A stretch of 64,000 nt of DNA from Campylobacterota bacterium (GCA_051746405.1 JBNJFB010000003.1:12950-76949), one strand, 5' to 3'; counted from the stretch's first letter, positions 52,295 to 63,193 are shown. Numbers and translations: made by a program. Notes: a model not told the origin generated them from the sequence alone.

Positions 52295-52855
52295 ATGACA
52301 GTTACAGTATTTTGTGGTTCAAGTACAGGATATAATAAAGATTATGAAAATACTACAAAATTATTAGGTGAATTTTTAGCATTAAATAATATTGATGTTG
52401 TTTACGGTGGAGGAAATGTAGGACTTATGGGAGTTTTAGCAAACTCTGTTTTAAAATATAATGGAAATATTCATGGGGTGATTCCTACAAAGTTAAAAGA
52501 AAAAGAGTTAGCACATAATGGGCTAACAAACCTTACAGTTGTTTCATCAATGCATGAAAGAAAAGCAAAGATGGCTGCTTTAGGAGATGCGTTCATTGCT
52601 CTTCCTGGAGGGGTTGGTACTTTAGAAGAGATTTTTGAGGTTTGGACTTGGGGTCAGTTAGGTTTTCATAATAAACCATGTGCTTTTTACAATGTTAATG
52701 GTTTCTATGATAGTTTGATTAAAATGATAAACTCTATGGAAAAAGAGGGGTTTGTAAAAAAAGAGTATATAGATATGCTAATTAAAACAGATAATCAAGA
52801 TGAGTTATTAAAAAGAATTAAAGCTTACAAAGCTCCAAAACAAAAGTGGTCATAA
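52295..52855 (+). CDS. LOG-family nucleotide monophosphate nucleosidase
   Basis: VFCGSS, YGGGNVGLMG, MHERK, PGGVGTLEE. Confidence 0.93.
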   Translation: MTVTVFCGSSTGYNKDYENTTKLLGEFLALNNIDVVYGGGNVGLMGVLANSVLKYNGNIHGVIPTKLKEKELAHNGLTNLTVVSSMHERKAKMAALGDAFIALPGGVGTLEEIFEVWTWGQLGFHNKPCAFYNVNGFYDSLIKMINSMEKEGFVKKEYIDMLIKTDNQDELLKRIKAYKAPKQKWS

Positions 52856-52858
52856 AAA

Positions 52859-53806
52859 ATGGTTATCTTTAAACCTATACTGTTTTTATTACTACTTTCA
52901 TACTCACTTTTTGCAGGTTATGAGAAAGTAAAAATTGGAAAAATTGATGAAAGATATAAAGACCAGCTATCCCATAAGCAGCTAAAAACATTGATTAAAG
53001 AAATAGAAAAAGAGTTTGAAGATAGTTTAAAAATGAATATTTTTGATTATGATTCCCGTGGCAAGCCAATTGATATTTTATATGTAAGGCCATCTGTAAT
53101 GGAAAAAAGAATCAATAGAACGGCAAAGCGACTTGAGCGGAAAAAAGCAAAAATAAATCGATTAAAAGAGTATTTTAAACCAAAAGAACAAAAATTAGAG
53201 AAATTAACGAAAAAATATCAAGAAGCAAAAACAGCCTTTAAAGATAAAGAAGAGGAGATAAATAGCTATATTAAAAAGCAAAATAGAAAAAAAGATATGA
53301 CAAAGCAGGAGTATAAAAAAATAAAGCAAGTAATAAAAGCAAAAAAAGTTCTTTTAAATGATGAGTTATTAGATTTAAATGAACTAAATAGAGAGATTAG
53401 AAAACTTACTTTAAGATATAACAATAAACTATACTCTTATAAAACTCATATTATGCTTTATAATCAATTAGCTAGAAATCTAGAGAGTATGACTAGAGGA
53501 TTTAAAAAAATAAAAGGTCAAGCTGTTGGTCAAAGAGAGATAAAAGTAACAAAATATATAAAAGATGGTAAAGAAGTAGAGCAAAGAACCCAAAGAGATA
53601 CTATGCAAAAAATAGAGATATTTGGGTTTGAGTCCATATCTGAACTAAAAGCAGTTTTAGCTCATGAAATTGCACATTTAGTTGGTATTGGTCATATTGA
53701 TGCTAAAAATGCTTTAATGAATCCAATTTTACAAAAAAATCAAATTGAAGACTTAAAATTGACAAATGATGATATTATAAATTTTAAAAATAGTTTTAAT
53801 CAATAG
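52859..53806 (+). CDS. Secreted matrixin-like metalloprotease with a coiled-coil insert
   Basis: Signal peptide, HEIAHLVGIGH zinc motif, ALMNP Met-turn. Confidence 0.82.
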   Translation: MVIFKPILFLLLLSYSLFAGYEKVKIGKIDERYKDQLSHKQLKTLIKEIEKEFEDSLKMNIFDYDSRGKPIDILYVRPSVMEKRINRTAKRLERKKAKINRLKEYFKPKEQKLEKLTKKYQEAKTAFKDKEEEINSYIKKQNRKKDMTKQEYKKIKQVIKAKKVLLNDELLDLNELNREIRKLTLRYNNKLYSYKTHIMLYNQLARNLESMTRGFKKIKGQAVGQREIKVTKYIKDGKEVEQRTQRDTMQKIEIFGFESISELKAVLAHEIAHLVGIGHIDAKNALMNPILQKNQIEDLKLTNDDIINFKNSFNQ

Positions 53807-53831
53807 CTTCATAAATATCAAGCTAAGAAGA

Positions 53832-55607
53832 TTACTTCTTCTTAGCTTTAGAATTAGGTAAGTCTGTTATAGTACCTTCAAAGATTTCAGCTGCTAGTCC
53901 AACTGATTCATGTAAAGTAGGGTGTGCATGAATTGTAAGTGCAATATCTTCAGCATCACAATCCATTTCAAGTGCAAGGGATATTTCACCTAGTAATTCA
54001 CCTGCATTATCTCCAACAAGTGCACCACCTATTAACTGATTTGTATCTTTATCAAAAATAAGTTTTGTAAGCCCTGAGTTAGAAACATCAGAAGCTAAAG
54101 CTCTTCCTGAAGCAGACCAAGGGAAAGATGAAACTTCGTAATTTATATTAGCCTCTTTAGCTTCAATTTCACTCATTCCAGCTGTGGCAATTTCTGGGAA
54201 AGTATATGCAATACCAGGGATTTGTTTTGGTTCAAAGAATACTTTGTGTCCTGCAATAACTTCAGCAGCCACATGACCTTCATGAACTGCTTTATGAGCT
54301 AGCATTGGACCACCAATAATATCACCAATAGCATGTATATGAGGCACTTTAGTTTTTAATTGATTATCAACTTTTATAAAGCCTTTTTCATCAACTTCAA
54401 CTCCTGTATTTTCAAGACCGATTTTTAGTCCATTTGGCGTTCTTCCCATAGCAACTAAAACAGCATCGTATGTTTGTGGTTCAGGTGCATTTTCACCTTT
54501 AAACTCCACATAAACTCCATCTTTTTTAGGGATAATTGATTGAGTTTGAGTTTTAAACATAAAGTTAAAGTTTTTCTCATTTGCTTTTGTATAGACTTTA
54601 ACAATATCCTTATCAGTTCCTGTCATAACTTGAGGACCTCTTATAACAACATCAATTTGTGAACCTAGTCTTTGATAAACTGTTGCCATTTCAAGTCCAA
54701 TAATTCCACCACCCATTACAAGTAATTTTTTTGGTACTTCTTTTACTTCTAAGGCATTTGTTGAGTCCCAAACTCTTGGGTCTTCATGGGGAATAAATGA
54801 CATTTTAGAGCTTTGACTTCCTGCTGCAATAATACAAGAGTTAAAAGCAACTTTTGTTTGCTTATCTTCCACATCTGTGTGCTCAACTAATAGATTATTA
54901 TCATCAATGAATTTAGCATTACCTTGAACAACTTTTACTTTTCTAGCTTTTGCCATTGCTGAAAGTCCATCAGTTAGTTTTTTTACAACGCCACTTTTAT
55001 AAGCTGCAACATTAGGTAAATCAATTTCAGGCTTACTAAACTTAATCCCAGCGTGCTCTATATGCTTAGCTTCATCAATAACTTTTGCTACGTGTAGTAA
55101 AGCTTTTGAAGGAATACATCCAACATTTAAACAAACTCCACCTAAAGTAGGGTGTCTTTCTATTAATACTGTATCTAACCCCAAATCAGCACATCTAAAT
55201 GCAGCTGAATATCCTCCTGGACCAGCTCCTAGTACAACCACATCTGCTTTTATTTCATTTGCATCAGAAGATACATCTATTTTAGTTGTTTTTTTATCTT
55301 CAACCTTTAAAGTCTCTTCTTTTAAATCAGATTTTTCTGATTGTTCTTCAGTAGAAGAGGACTCTTCTTGTACTTCAATTTTAGCAATTAAATCACCTGA
55401 GTTAACCTTATCTCCAACTTTAACTAAAATCTCTTTTACAACTCCACTGTGAGTAGTTGGAACATCCATTGAAGCTTTTTCAGTCTCAAGTGTAATAAGT
55501 CCATCTTCAACTTCTACAGTATCTCCTATTTCAACCATAATGTCGATTAAATCAACATTGGTATCATCTCCCAAATCTGGAATAAATATATCTACAATTT
55601 TACTCAT
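53832..55607 (-). CDS. lpdA: Dihydrolipoamide dehydrogenase with N-terminal lipoyl domain
   Basis: GAGPGG, GGVCLNVGCIPSK, HAHPTLHE, lipoyl motif ETEKASMD. Confidence 0.97.
   Translation of the reverse strand: MSKIVDIFIPDLGDDTNVDLIDIMVEIGDTVEVEDGLITLETEKASMDVPTTHSGVVKEILVKVGDKVNSGDLIAKIEVQEESSSTEEQSEKSDLKEETLKVEDKKTTKIDVSSDANEIKADVVVLGAGPGGYSAAFRCADLGLDTVLIERHPTLGGVCLNVGCIPSKALLHVAKVIDEAKHIEHAGIKFSKPEIDLPNVAAYKSGVVKKLTDGLSAMAKARKVKVVQGNAKFIDDNNLLVEHTDVEDKQTKVAFNSCIIAAGSQSSKMSFIPHEDPRVWDSTNALEVKEVPKKLLVMGGGIIGLEMATVYQRLGSQIDVVIRGPQVMTGTDKDIVKVYTKANEKNFNFMFKTQTQSIIPKKDGVYVEFKGENAPEPQTYDAVLVAMGRTPNGLKIGLENTGVEVDEKGFIKVDNQLKTKVPHIHAIGDIIGGPMLAHKAVHEGHVAAEVIAGHKVFFEPKQIPGIAYTFPEIATAGMSEIEAKEANINYEVSSFPWSASGRALASDVSNSGLTKLIFDKDTNQLIGGALVGDNAGELLGEISLALEMDCDAEDIALTIHAHPTLHESVGLAAEIFEGTITDLPNSKAKKK
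55314..55607 (-). repeat. Lipoyl-domain DNA repeat, lpdA copy
   Basis: Gapless match to 57066-57359 (offset 1752), including an 89-bp identical run. Confidence 0.9.
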
Positions 55608-55616
55608 TTTATACCC

Positions 55617-57359
55617 TTATAGACTTAATAATCTAATATCGCTTAATAGATTAGACAGTGTTGTAGTAAATCTTGCACCATCTGCACCATCAATTACTTT
55701 GTGATCATAAGACAGAGATAATGGTAACATTAATCTTGGTACGAACTCTTCTTTGTCACCATCCCAAACAGGTTTCATTTCAGATTTTGATAACCCTAAA
55801 ATTGCTACTTCTGGTGCATTAATAATAGGTGTGAATTTAGTCCCACCAATTCCACCTAAAGAAGAGATTGTAAAACAAGCACCCTGCATATCAGTAGCTT
55901 TAAGTTTTCCATCTCTTGCTTTTGCAGAAACCTCTTTTAGCTCAATAGCTAAATCTTTAAAACCTTTTTTATTAGCATCTTTTATAACAGGCACTACTAA
56001 ACCATTTGGTGTATCAACAGCAACACCAATGTTAAAGTATTTTTTCATAATTAAGCTTTGTCCATCTTGGCTTAATGATGAGTTAAATTTAGGATGAAGC
56101 TCTAATGCTTTAGCAACAGCTTTAATTACAAATACAAGAGGAGATAACTTAAATCCATCTGCAAGTGCATTTTGAGCTTTTCTAAACTCTTCCATTTGGG
56201 TAATATCAGCTTCATCAAACTGTGTAACATGAGGCATTGAAACCCAGTTTCTATGTAGAGTTGGTCCTGAGATTTTTTGAATTCTATTTAACTCTACAGT
56301 TTCAATTTCACCAAATTGTGAGAAATCTATCTCTTTTTGTTCAGGGAAATTAAAGCCAAGTCCAGACCCTGTTGAAGCACCCGCTACAGCTGGCTTTGAT
56401 AGTTGCTCTTTTACATAAGCTTTAATATCATCTTTAAGAATTCTTCCTTTTCTTCCAGTTCCTTTAACATAACCTAAATCAACTCCAAACTCTCTAGCTA
56501 CTTTTCTAACTGAAGGTGAGGCATACACAATCTTTGATTTTTCAGGTAGTACTGCTTTTGGTTGGGGTGTTGATTTTGCTGCTACTTCTTGAACTGTAAC
56601 TGGTTTTTTAGGCTCTTGGGTTTTAGGCTCTTGCTCTTTTTTGGCAGGAGTTGGAACTTTAGACTCCATTACAACTGTTTTAGTCATCTTACAAATTAAA
56701 TCGCCACTATTTACTTTCATTCCAGGTTCTACAAATAGTTCTAAAATTTCACCACCATGTGGAGCTGGTACTTCCATAGAGGCTTTTTGGGTCTCTAGTG
56801 TTACAAGTCCATACTCCATTGCAACTGTTTCACCAACTTCAACCATAACTTCAATTAAATCAACATCTTTTTCATCACCTAAGTCAGGAATATGAACATC
56901 TTCAATTACCGTACAAATTGTCTGTTCATTTACAAATTGACAAGAGATTTCAGCTCCTGCTGCACTTATTGCTTTTAATTCATCTTCTGCTTCTTTTATG
57001 CCAGATTTAGAACTAGCTTTATTTTCTGTAGTTATTTGTTCCACAGGTGCTTTTTCATCTTTTTCTTCTTCTTTTAAATCAGGTTTTTGTGATTGTTCTT
57101 CAGTAGAAGAAGACTCTTCTTGTACTTCAACTTTAGCAATTAAATCACCTGAGTTTACCTTATCTCCAACTTTAACTAAAATCTCTTTTACAACTCCACT
57201 GTGAGTAGTTGGAACATCCATTGAAGCTTTTTCAGTCTCAAGTGTGATAAGTCCATCCTCTTGTTCAACCCTGTCTCCAACTTCAACCATAATGTCGATT
57301 AAATCAACATCATTATCATCTCCCAAATCTGGAATAAATATATCTACTAATTTTCCCAT
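55617..57359 (-). CDS. aceF: Pyruvate dehydrogenase E2 acetyltransferase
   Basis: Two lipoyl domains, [11 protein letters not shown] binding domain, [10 protein letters not shown]. Confidence 0.96.
   Translation of the reverse strand: MGKLVDIFIPDLGDDNDVDLIDIMVEVGDRVEQEDGLITLETEKASMDVPTTHSGVVKEILVKVGDKVNSGDLIAKVEVQEESSSTEEQSQKPDLKEEEKDEKAPVEQITTENKASSKSGIKEAEDELKAISAAGAEISCQFVNEQTICTVIEDVHIPDLGDEKDVDLIEVMVEVGETVAMEYGLVTLETQKASMEVPAPHGGEILELFVEPGMKVNSGDLICKMTKTVVMESKVPTPAKKEQEPKTQEPKKPVTVQEVAAKSTPQPKAVLPEKSKIVYASPSVRKVAREFGVDLGYVKGTGRKGRILKDDIKAYVKEQLSKPAVAGASTGSGLGFNFPEQKEIDFSQFGEIETVELNRIQKISGPTLHRNWVSMPHVTQFDEADITQMEEFRKAQNALADGFKLSPLVFVIKAVAKALELHPKFNSSLSQDGQSLIMKKYFNIGVAVDTPNGLVVPVIKDANKKGFKDLAIELKEVSAKARDGKLKATDMQGACFTISSLGGIGGTKFTPIINAPEVAILGLSKSEMKPVWDGDKEEFVPRLMLPLSLSYDHKVIDGADGARFTTTLSNLLSDIRLLSL
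57066..57359 (-). repeat. Lipoyl-domain DNA repeat, aceF copy
   Basis: Gapless match to 55314-55607. Confidence 0.9.
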
Positions 57360-57369
57360 AATTTACTCC

Positions 57370-60054
57370 TTAAGCTTTTATTGGGTTGATTTTATTTGCA
57401 TCAATATTGAATTTTTTCATAGCATCTGTAACTACTGACTTTTCAATTTTTCCTGCATCAGCAAGTTGAGCTAATGTTGTAAATACTATAAAGTCAGAAT
57501 CAACTTCAAAGAATTTTCTTAAGTTTGCTCTAGAATCAGATCTACCAAAACCATCAGTTCCAAGTGCTTTAAAGTCACCTTTTACATAAGGAGCAATTTG
57601 CTCTGAGTATGATTTCATATAATCAGTAGCAGAGATGATAATATTTTCATCATCACTTCCTAATACTTCATCAACATAGGCTATTTTATTTTCACCTTCA
57701 ATATCAAGTAGATTATCTCTTTGAATATTTTGAGCTTGTCTAGTTAGCTCATTGTAAGAGGTAACTGAGTAAATCTCTGAAGAGATTCCATACTGGCTTG
57801 CTAATTCATCAGCAGCGCTTAGTACTTGTTGGAAAATTGAACCTGAACCTAATAGTTTTACTTTGTGGTTCTGTTTTGCTTCAACAGTTTTTAACTTATA
57901 GATACCTTTTATAATTCCCTCTTCAATACCTTCAGGCATTGCAGGTTGTTTATAGTTTTCATTTAGTGTTGTAATGTAGTAGTAAACATCTTCTTGTTTT
58001 TCACCATACATTTTCTCCATACCGTCATGAACAATAACTGCAAGCTCATAACCATAAGTAGGATCATAAGATACACAGTTTGGAATTGTATTGGCAATAA
58101 TATGTGAATGACCATCTTCGTGCTGTAAACCTTCACCATTAAGTGTAGTTCTACCTGAAGTACCTCCAATTAAGAAACCTCTTGCCATTTGATCTCCAGC
58201 TGCCCAACAAATATCACCTGTTCTTTGGAATCCAAACATTGAGTAGAAGATATAAAATGGAATCATTGGACAATCATTTATACTATAAGAAGTTGCAGCT
58301 GCAATCCAAGAGCCCATAGCACCTAGTTCATTAATACCTTCTTGAAGTACTTGTCCTTTTTTATCCTCTTTATAGTAAGCAACTTGATCCCTATCTTGAG
58401 GTATATATTTTTGACCTTCATTTGAATAAATACCAATTTGTCTAAACATACCCTCCATACCAAACGTTCTAGCCTCATCAGGTACAATAGGAACAACTCT
58501 TTTACCAATTTTTTTGTTTTTTACTAGTACATTTAAAATTCTTACAAATGCCATAGTTGTAGAGATTTGTCTATCTCCACTACCTTTTAATACAGCATCA
58601 TAAGCACTTAATTCAGGAAGTTCAAGTTTTTGTGAAAACTTAGTTTTTCTTTGTGGAAGATATCCATGTAACTCTTCTCTTCTTTCTTTAAGATATTTCA
58701 TTTCAGGAGAGTCTTCTGGAAATTTATAGTAAGGAAACTCCTCTAGTTCTTCATCTGTTACAGGAATTCTAAATCTATCTCTAAATTTTCTTAATGAATC
58801 AATATCAACTTTTTTAACTTGGTGAGCAATATTTTTACCCTCAGCAGCTTCACCTAATCCATAACCTTTTACAGTTTTAGCTAAGATTACAGTTGGTCTA
58901 TCTTTAGTTATTTGAGCTGCTTTGTATGCTGCATAAACTTTTAGTGGGTCATGGCCACCTCTGTTTAATGCAAAAATCTCATCATCTGACATATTTTCAA
59001 CTAATTTTGCAGTTTCTGGGTATTTATTAAAGAAGTGTTCTCTTGTATATGCTCCACCTTTTTGTTTAAAGTTTTGGTACTCACCATCAACTGTCTCTTC
59101 CATAAGTTGAAGAAGTTTTCCTGATGTGTCTTTTCTTAATAACTCATCCCATTGTTTACCCCAAATAACTTTTACAACTCTCCAGCCATTACCTCTAAAG
59201 TTACCCTCAAGCTCTTGAATAATCTTGCCATTTCCTCTAACAGGACCATCTAGTCTTTGTAAGTTACAGTTAATAACAAATACTAAGTTATCAAGTCCTT
59301 CTCGCCCTGCTAGTCCAATCGCACCTAATGACTCTGGCTCATCACACTCACCATCACCCATATAACAATAGACTTTTTGTTCACTACAATCTTTTATACC
59401 CCTATCAGTTAAGTATTTTAAAAATCTAGCTTGATAAATAGCTTGAATTGGTCCAAGACCCATTGATACTGTTGGAAACTGCCAATATTCAGGCATAAGT
59501 TTAGGGTGTGGATAAGATGAAAGTCCCTCACTTAAAGCCTCTTGTCTAAAGTTATCCATTTGAGCTTCAGTTAGTCTTCCCTCAACAAAACTTCTTGCAT
59601 AAATACCAGGAGCGATATGTCCTTGATAAAAAATCAAATCTCCACCATCTTTGTCATTTGGAGCTCTAAAGAAATGGTTAAAACCAACATCATAAAGTGT
59701 TGCAGAAGATTGGAAAGAAGCAATATGACCTCCTAACTCTAATTTCTTTCTTGAGGCTCTTTGAACCATCATAGCTGCATTCCATCTAATAGCAGATCTT
59801 ATTTTCTTTTCGATATCTCTATCACCTGGCATTTTTGGCTCATTTGCCACATCTATACTATTTATATAAGCAGTAGTAGATTTAAACGGTAAATAAGTGC
59901 CACTTCTTCTAGCTTTATCTATTAGCTGTTCTAATAAAAAGTGAGCTCTTCTTGGACCTTCTTCTTGTAATACTGCCTCTAATGCTTCAATCCACTCTTG
60001 AGTTTCGAGGGGATCGATGTCTTTTAAAACCCTATTTAAGTTTTCAACTGACAT
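57370..60054 (-). CDS. aceE: Pyruvate dehydrogenase E1, homodimeric type
   Basis: DPLETQEW, LGGHIASFQS, GDGECDEPES..NLQRLDG, GEGLQHEDG. Confidence 0.98.
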   Translation of the reverse strand: MSVENLNRVLKDIDPLETQEWIEALEAVLQEEGPRRAHFLLEQLIDKARRSGTYLPFKSTTAYINSIDVANEPKMPGDRDIEKKIRSAIRWNAAMMVQRASRKKLELGGHIASFQSSATLYDVGFNHFFRAPNDKDGGDLIFYQGHIAPGIYARSFVEGRLTEAQMDNFRQEALSEGLSSYPHPKLMPEYWQFPTVSMGLGPIQAIYQARFLKYLTDRGIKDCSEQKVYCYMGDGECDEPESLGAIGLAGREGLDNLVFVINCNLQRLDGPVRGNGKIIQELEGNFRGNGWRVVKVIWGKQWDELLRKDTSGKLLQLMEETVDGEYQNFKQKGGAYTREHFFNKYPETAKLVENMSDDEIFALNRGGHDPLKVYAAYKAAQITKDRPTVILAKTVKGYGLGEAAEGKNIAHQVKKVDIDSLRKFRDRFRIPVTDEELEEFPYYKFPEDSPEMKYLKERREELHGYLPQRKTKFSQKLELPELSAYDAVLKGSGDRQISTTMAFVRILNVLVKNKKIGKRVVPIVPDEARTFGMEGMFRQIGIYSNEGQKYIPQDRDQVAYYKEDKKGQVLQEGINELGAMGSWIAAATSYSINDCPMIPFYIFYSMFGFQRTGDICWAAGDQMARGFLIGGTSGRTTLNGEGLQHEDGHSHIIANTIPNCVSYDPTYGYELAVIVHDGMEKMYGEKQEDVYYYITTLNENYKQPAMPEGIEEGIIKGIYKLKTVEAKQNHKVKLLGSGSIFQQVLSAADELASQYGISSEIYSVTSYNELTRQAQNIQRDNLLDIEGENKIAYVDEVLGSDDENIIISATDYMKSYSEQIAPYVKGDFKALGTDGFGRSDSRANLRKFFEVDSDFIVFTTLAQLADAGKIEKSVVTDAMKKFNIDANKINPIKA

Positions 60055-60303
60055 TTTATCTTCCTTACTGATTTTTTTATAAAAAATTTAAGTTAAAACA
60101 ACTATTTCTAATATTCATATCATAATAATATGTAGGAATAATGTAATAAAATTAACCTTTTTATCGTATAATTATAGTATGGTACATATTTTTAGTTAAT
60201 ATAAACTTAAAATAACATTTATTAAAAAATTTAAGTTAAAATAGAAAGAATATGAAATATAATAGAGAGTATCAATAAAGTATTTTATAAAAAAGGTTTT
60301 ATA

Positions 60304-61056
60304 TTGATAGAGAAAAAATCATCATTTAGAGTAATAGTTGATAGTCAAAATCAAGCAAAAGTAAATATGTGTAGGGATGAAGCTTTAATAAAAAGTTTCA
60401 ATGAGAACTCTCTTCCTATTTTAAGAGTTTATCACTGGAGTAAATCCCTTACTATTGGTATTTCACAAGATATTAAGAACTACTCTTATTTGAATGATTT
60501 TAGTGAAGATATAGCCAAAAGGGTTACAGGTGGAGGAGTGCTTTTTCATGGACATGATTTATCATACTCTTTAGTAATACCAAGTAGCTATTTTAAAAAC
60601 TATAAAATTAAAGACTCCTACGAAAAAATTTGTTACTTTTTAATTAACTTTTATAAAAAACTTGGACTTAATACTAATTATGCAAAAGATGTAAAAGATG
60701 TAAAATTAAGTAAAAATGAGTTTTGTCAGGTTGGGTTTGAGACCTATGATATTTTAGTAAATAAAGATAAAATAGGTGGAAATGCACAAAGAAGAACAAA
60801 AAAAGTTGTATTTCAGCATGGGTCAATTCCTTTGTACTGTGTAAAAAGTAGTAACGGTTTTGGTAATTTTGATAATAAAATAGGCGTTACATTAGAAGAC
60901 TTAGGAGTAAACTTAACATATGAAAAAGCAACAGAACTTTTAATTGAGTCTTTTAAAGAGACTTTTAATGTGGATTTAATAAATTCAGATTTAAATGATA
61001 AAGAGAAAGAAGAAGAGAAAAAATTGTTAAAGGAAAAATATGACTTCAGTTACTAA
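60304..61056 (+). CDS. Lipoate-protein ligase/octanoyltransferase family (LipM/LplA-like, single domain)
   Basis: NMCRDEAL, KRVTGGGVLFH, KIGGNAQRR, QHGSI. Confidence 0.85.
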   Translation: MIEKKSSFRVIVDSQNQAKVNMCRDEALIKSFNENSLPILRVYHWSKSLTIGISQDIKNYSYLNDFSEDIAKRVTGGGVLFHGHDLSYSLVIPSSYFKNYKIKDSYEKICYFLINFYKKLGLNTNYAKDVKDVKLSKNEFCQVGFETYDILVNKDKIGGNAQRRTKKVVFQHGSIPLYCVKSSNGFGNFDNKIGVTLEDLGVNLTYEKATELLIESFKETFNVDLINSDLNDKEKEEEKKLLKEKYDFSY

Positions 61057-61948
61057 TACTGCTTTAAAAGATGAAAAAGTAAAATATAAAAAGCCTTATT
61101 GGCTTAGAAAAAAGATTAACCCAAGTGCTCAAAAGGAGATGGAATCACTTTTAAAAGAAGTTGGCGGATTACATACTATTTGTCAAGAGGCTAAGTGTCC
61201 AAATATTAGTGAGTGCTTTTCAAAAAAGAATGCAACCTTTTTGATTTTAGGAAATATCTGTACAAGAAGATGTTCTTATTGTAATGTAATGACAGGAGTT
61301 CCCACTGAAGTTGATTTAAGTGAAATACAGCAGGTGACAAAATCAGTAATTCAACTTGGTTTAAAGTTTGTAGTAATTACAAGTCCAGCTAGGGATGATT
61401 TAAAAGATGGTGGAGCTAGTCAGTTTTATAGAGTAACTCGTGATATCTTAGAAAAATCACCTGGTACTCAAGTTGAGGTTTTAATACCTGATTTTAAAGC
61501 AAAGCAAGAGTCTCTTCAAACTGTAATAGACTCAGGGGCTGTTATTATAGGTCATAACATAGAAACAGTACCTAGTATGTATAAAATTAGAAAAAATGCC
61601 TCTTATGAAAGGTCACTTGAAGTTTTAAAAAGATTAAAAGAGCTAGGAAAAGATAAAATTAAAACTAAAACAGCACTTATGGTAGGACTTGGAGAGACAG
61701 AAGAGGAGATGATTCAAGTATTTAAAGACTTAATAAATGTTGGTTGTGAGTTTTTAAGTATAGGTCAGTATTTAGCTCCAAGTGGTGATTATGCAAAGGT
61801 AAAAGAGTTTGTAAAACCTGAACAGTTTGAAAGGTATAAACAGCTTGCTTTAGAGATGGGATTTAAGTTTGTTCACTCAAGTCCTTATGCTAGAAGTTCT
61901 TATTTAGCCCATGAATATTTAGGTCATGAAAGTGCAAATAAAGATTAA
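61040..61948 (+). CDS. lipA: Lipoyl synthase
   Basis: CQEAKCPNISEC, CTRRCSYC, RSSY. Confidence 0.97.
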   Translation: MTSVTNTALKDEKVKYKKPYWLRKKINPSAQKEMESLLKEVGGLHTICQEAKCPNISECFSKKNATFLILGNICTRRCSYCNVMTGVPTEVDLSEIQQVTKSVIQLGLKFVVITSPARDDLKDGGASQFYRVTRDILEKSPGTQVEVLIPDFKAKQESLQTVIDSGAVIIGHNIETVPSMYKIRKNASYERSLEVLKRLKELGKDKIKTKTALMVGLGETEEEMIQVFKDLINVGCEFLSIGQYLAPSGDYAKVKEFVKPEQFERYKQLALEMGFKFVHSSPYARSSYLAHEYLGHESANKD

Positions 61949-62008
61949 TAAAGTATATAAAGCAAATAATTATGTTAAAATCTTTTTAAATAAAAAATAT
62001 GGAGAAAT

Positions 62009-62500
62009 ATGAATTTTGATAAATTAGAAGTTTCGCAAAAAGAGACTTTACATCAACAGTTTGCTAACTATTCGGAAGTTTTAGGAGGTAATAACTTTTT
62101 TTTAAAAACTGTAGAAGAGATAAGAGAACAAAAGCTAAGTCCTATGTTAAATGAATCTGGGATTTTTCATACAAGCAAGTGTAAAATAACTTTAAGTAAG
62201 ACTATTTATAAACAGACTTTATCTTTGCTTTTTGATGCAATTAGAAGAGAAGAAAAAACAGGTGACTTACTTAATGATGCTACCCCAAAAGATTATAAAG
62301 CAACAATGAATATGATAAAAACTTTAAAGCCTGTAACAGTAACATTTCAATCAAAACAGAGTAATGAAAGCTTTAGTTTTGATATACTTGATAATAGTAT
62401 TGAAAAAAAGACAAAGGTTACTTTTGCTTTTAAGGCTATTTTCTTTTATAACTTAAAAGAGTTAAAAAAAGTACTATTTTATAAGGGTAAAGATGATTAG
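62009..62500 (+). CDS. Hypothetical protein
   Basis: 163-aa ORF with a GGAG SD and an upstream TGTTAAAAT motif. Confidence 0.75.
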   Translation: MNFDKLEVSQKETLHQQFANYSEVLGGNNFFLKTVEEIREQKLSPMLNESGIFHTSKCKITLSKTIYKQTLSLLFDAIRREEKTGDLLNDATPKDYKATMNMIKTLKPVTVTFQSKQSNESFSFDILDNSIEKKTKVTFAFKAIFFYNLKELKKVLFYKGKDD

Positions 62501-62690
62501 AGATCCAAAAGATAGAGAAGATATACAAGCTGGATTAAAGGTTAAGATTGTGTTAAAAAAAGACCAAAGAAGCGGTAAACTAACTTCTGGAGTAGTAAAG
62601 GATATTTTAACAAATTCAAAAACCCATCCACATGGTATAAAGGTAAGACTTGAAGATTCTCAAGTTGGAAGAGTCAAAGAGATACTTTAA
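62493..62690 (+). CDS. YwbE/DUF2196-family protein
   Basis: IVLKKDQRSGKLTSGVVKDILTNSKTHPHGIKVRLEDSQVGRV. Confidence 0.9.
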   Translation: MIRDPKDREDIQAGLKVKIVLKKDQRSGKLTSGVVKDILTNSKTHPHGIKVRLEDSQVGRVKEIL

Positions 62691-63181
62691 ATAATAACTC
62701 CTCTTTTAGGAGTTTCTCTAACCTCTTCTAATTTAAAGCAGTCATTTGCAATATTTCTAGGTGTTGTCTCTAAATATGTTGATACTATTTTATGAATAGT
62801 TTTAAGCTCATCAGCTGAAAATAAAGACTCATCAAACTCTTCATCTACTTTTAAAAACTTTAGTTCTATAAACTTTTTTTTGTTTAAAACTTCTATATCA
62901 ATAAACTCTAATAACTCTTGAATTAAAAAAAGTCTTGCATCATCTTCATCTAAATCCTCATTGTTTGCAATGATATCAAATAGCTCACCTAATATCACAG
63001 ATTGGGGCTGTCTTGCTAGTTTTATATACTCATCTTTAAAGATTTTATCGCCACAAAATTTTTGGTGATTATAATCCATTAAGAAAAGCATAATTGAGAC
63101 TTTTTTATCATTTAGATGTTTAGTTTGTTTATGTAACATATATAAAATTACATTTGCAATTTTTGTCATATCTATATTCAA
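62687..63181 (-). CDS. SocA/Panacea (DUF4065)-like protein, divergent
   Basis: KIANVILY...KKVSIMLFLMDYNHQKFCGDKIFKDEYIKL..QP...FSADELKTIHKIV. Confidence 0.6.
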   Translation of the reverse strand: MNIDMTKIANVILYMLHKQTKHLNDKKVSIMLFLMDYNHQKFCGDKIFKDEYIKLARQPQSVILGELFDIIANNEDLDEDDARLFLIQELLEFIDIEVLNKKKFIELKFLKVDEEFDESLFSADELKTIHKIVSTYLETTPRNIANDCFKLEEVRETPKRGVII

Positions 63182-63193
63182 AACTCTATCCTT

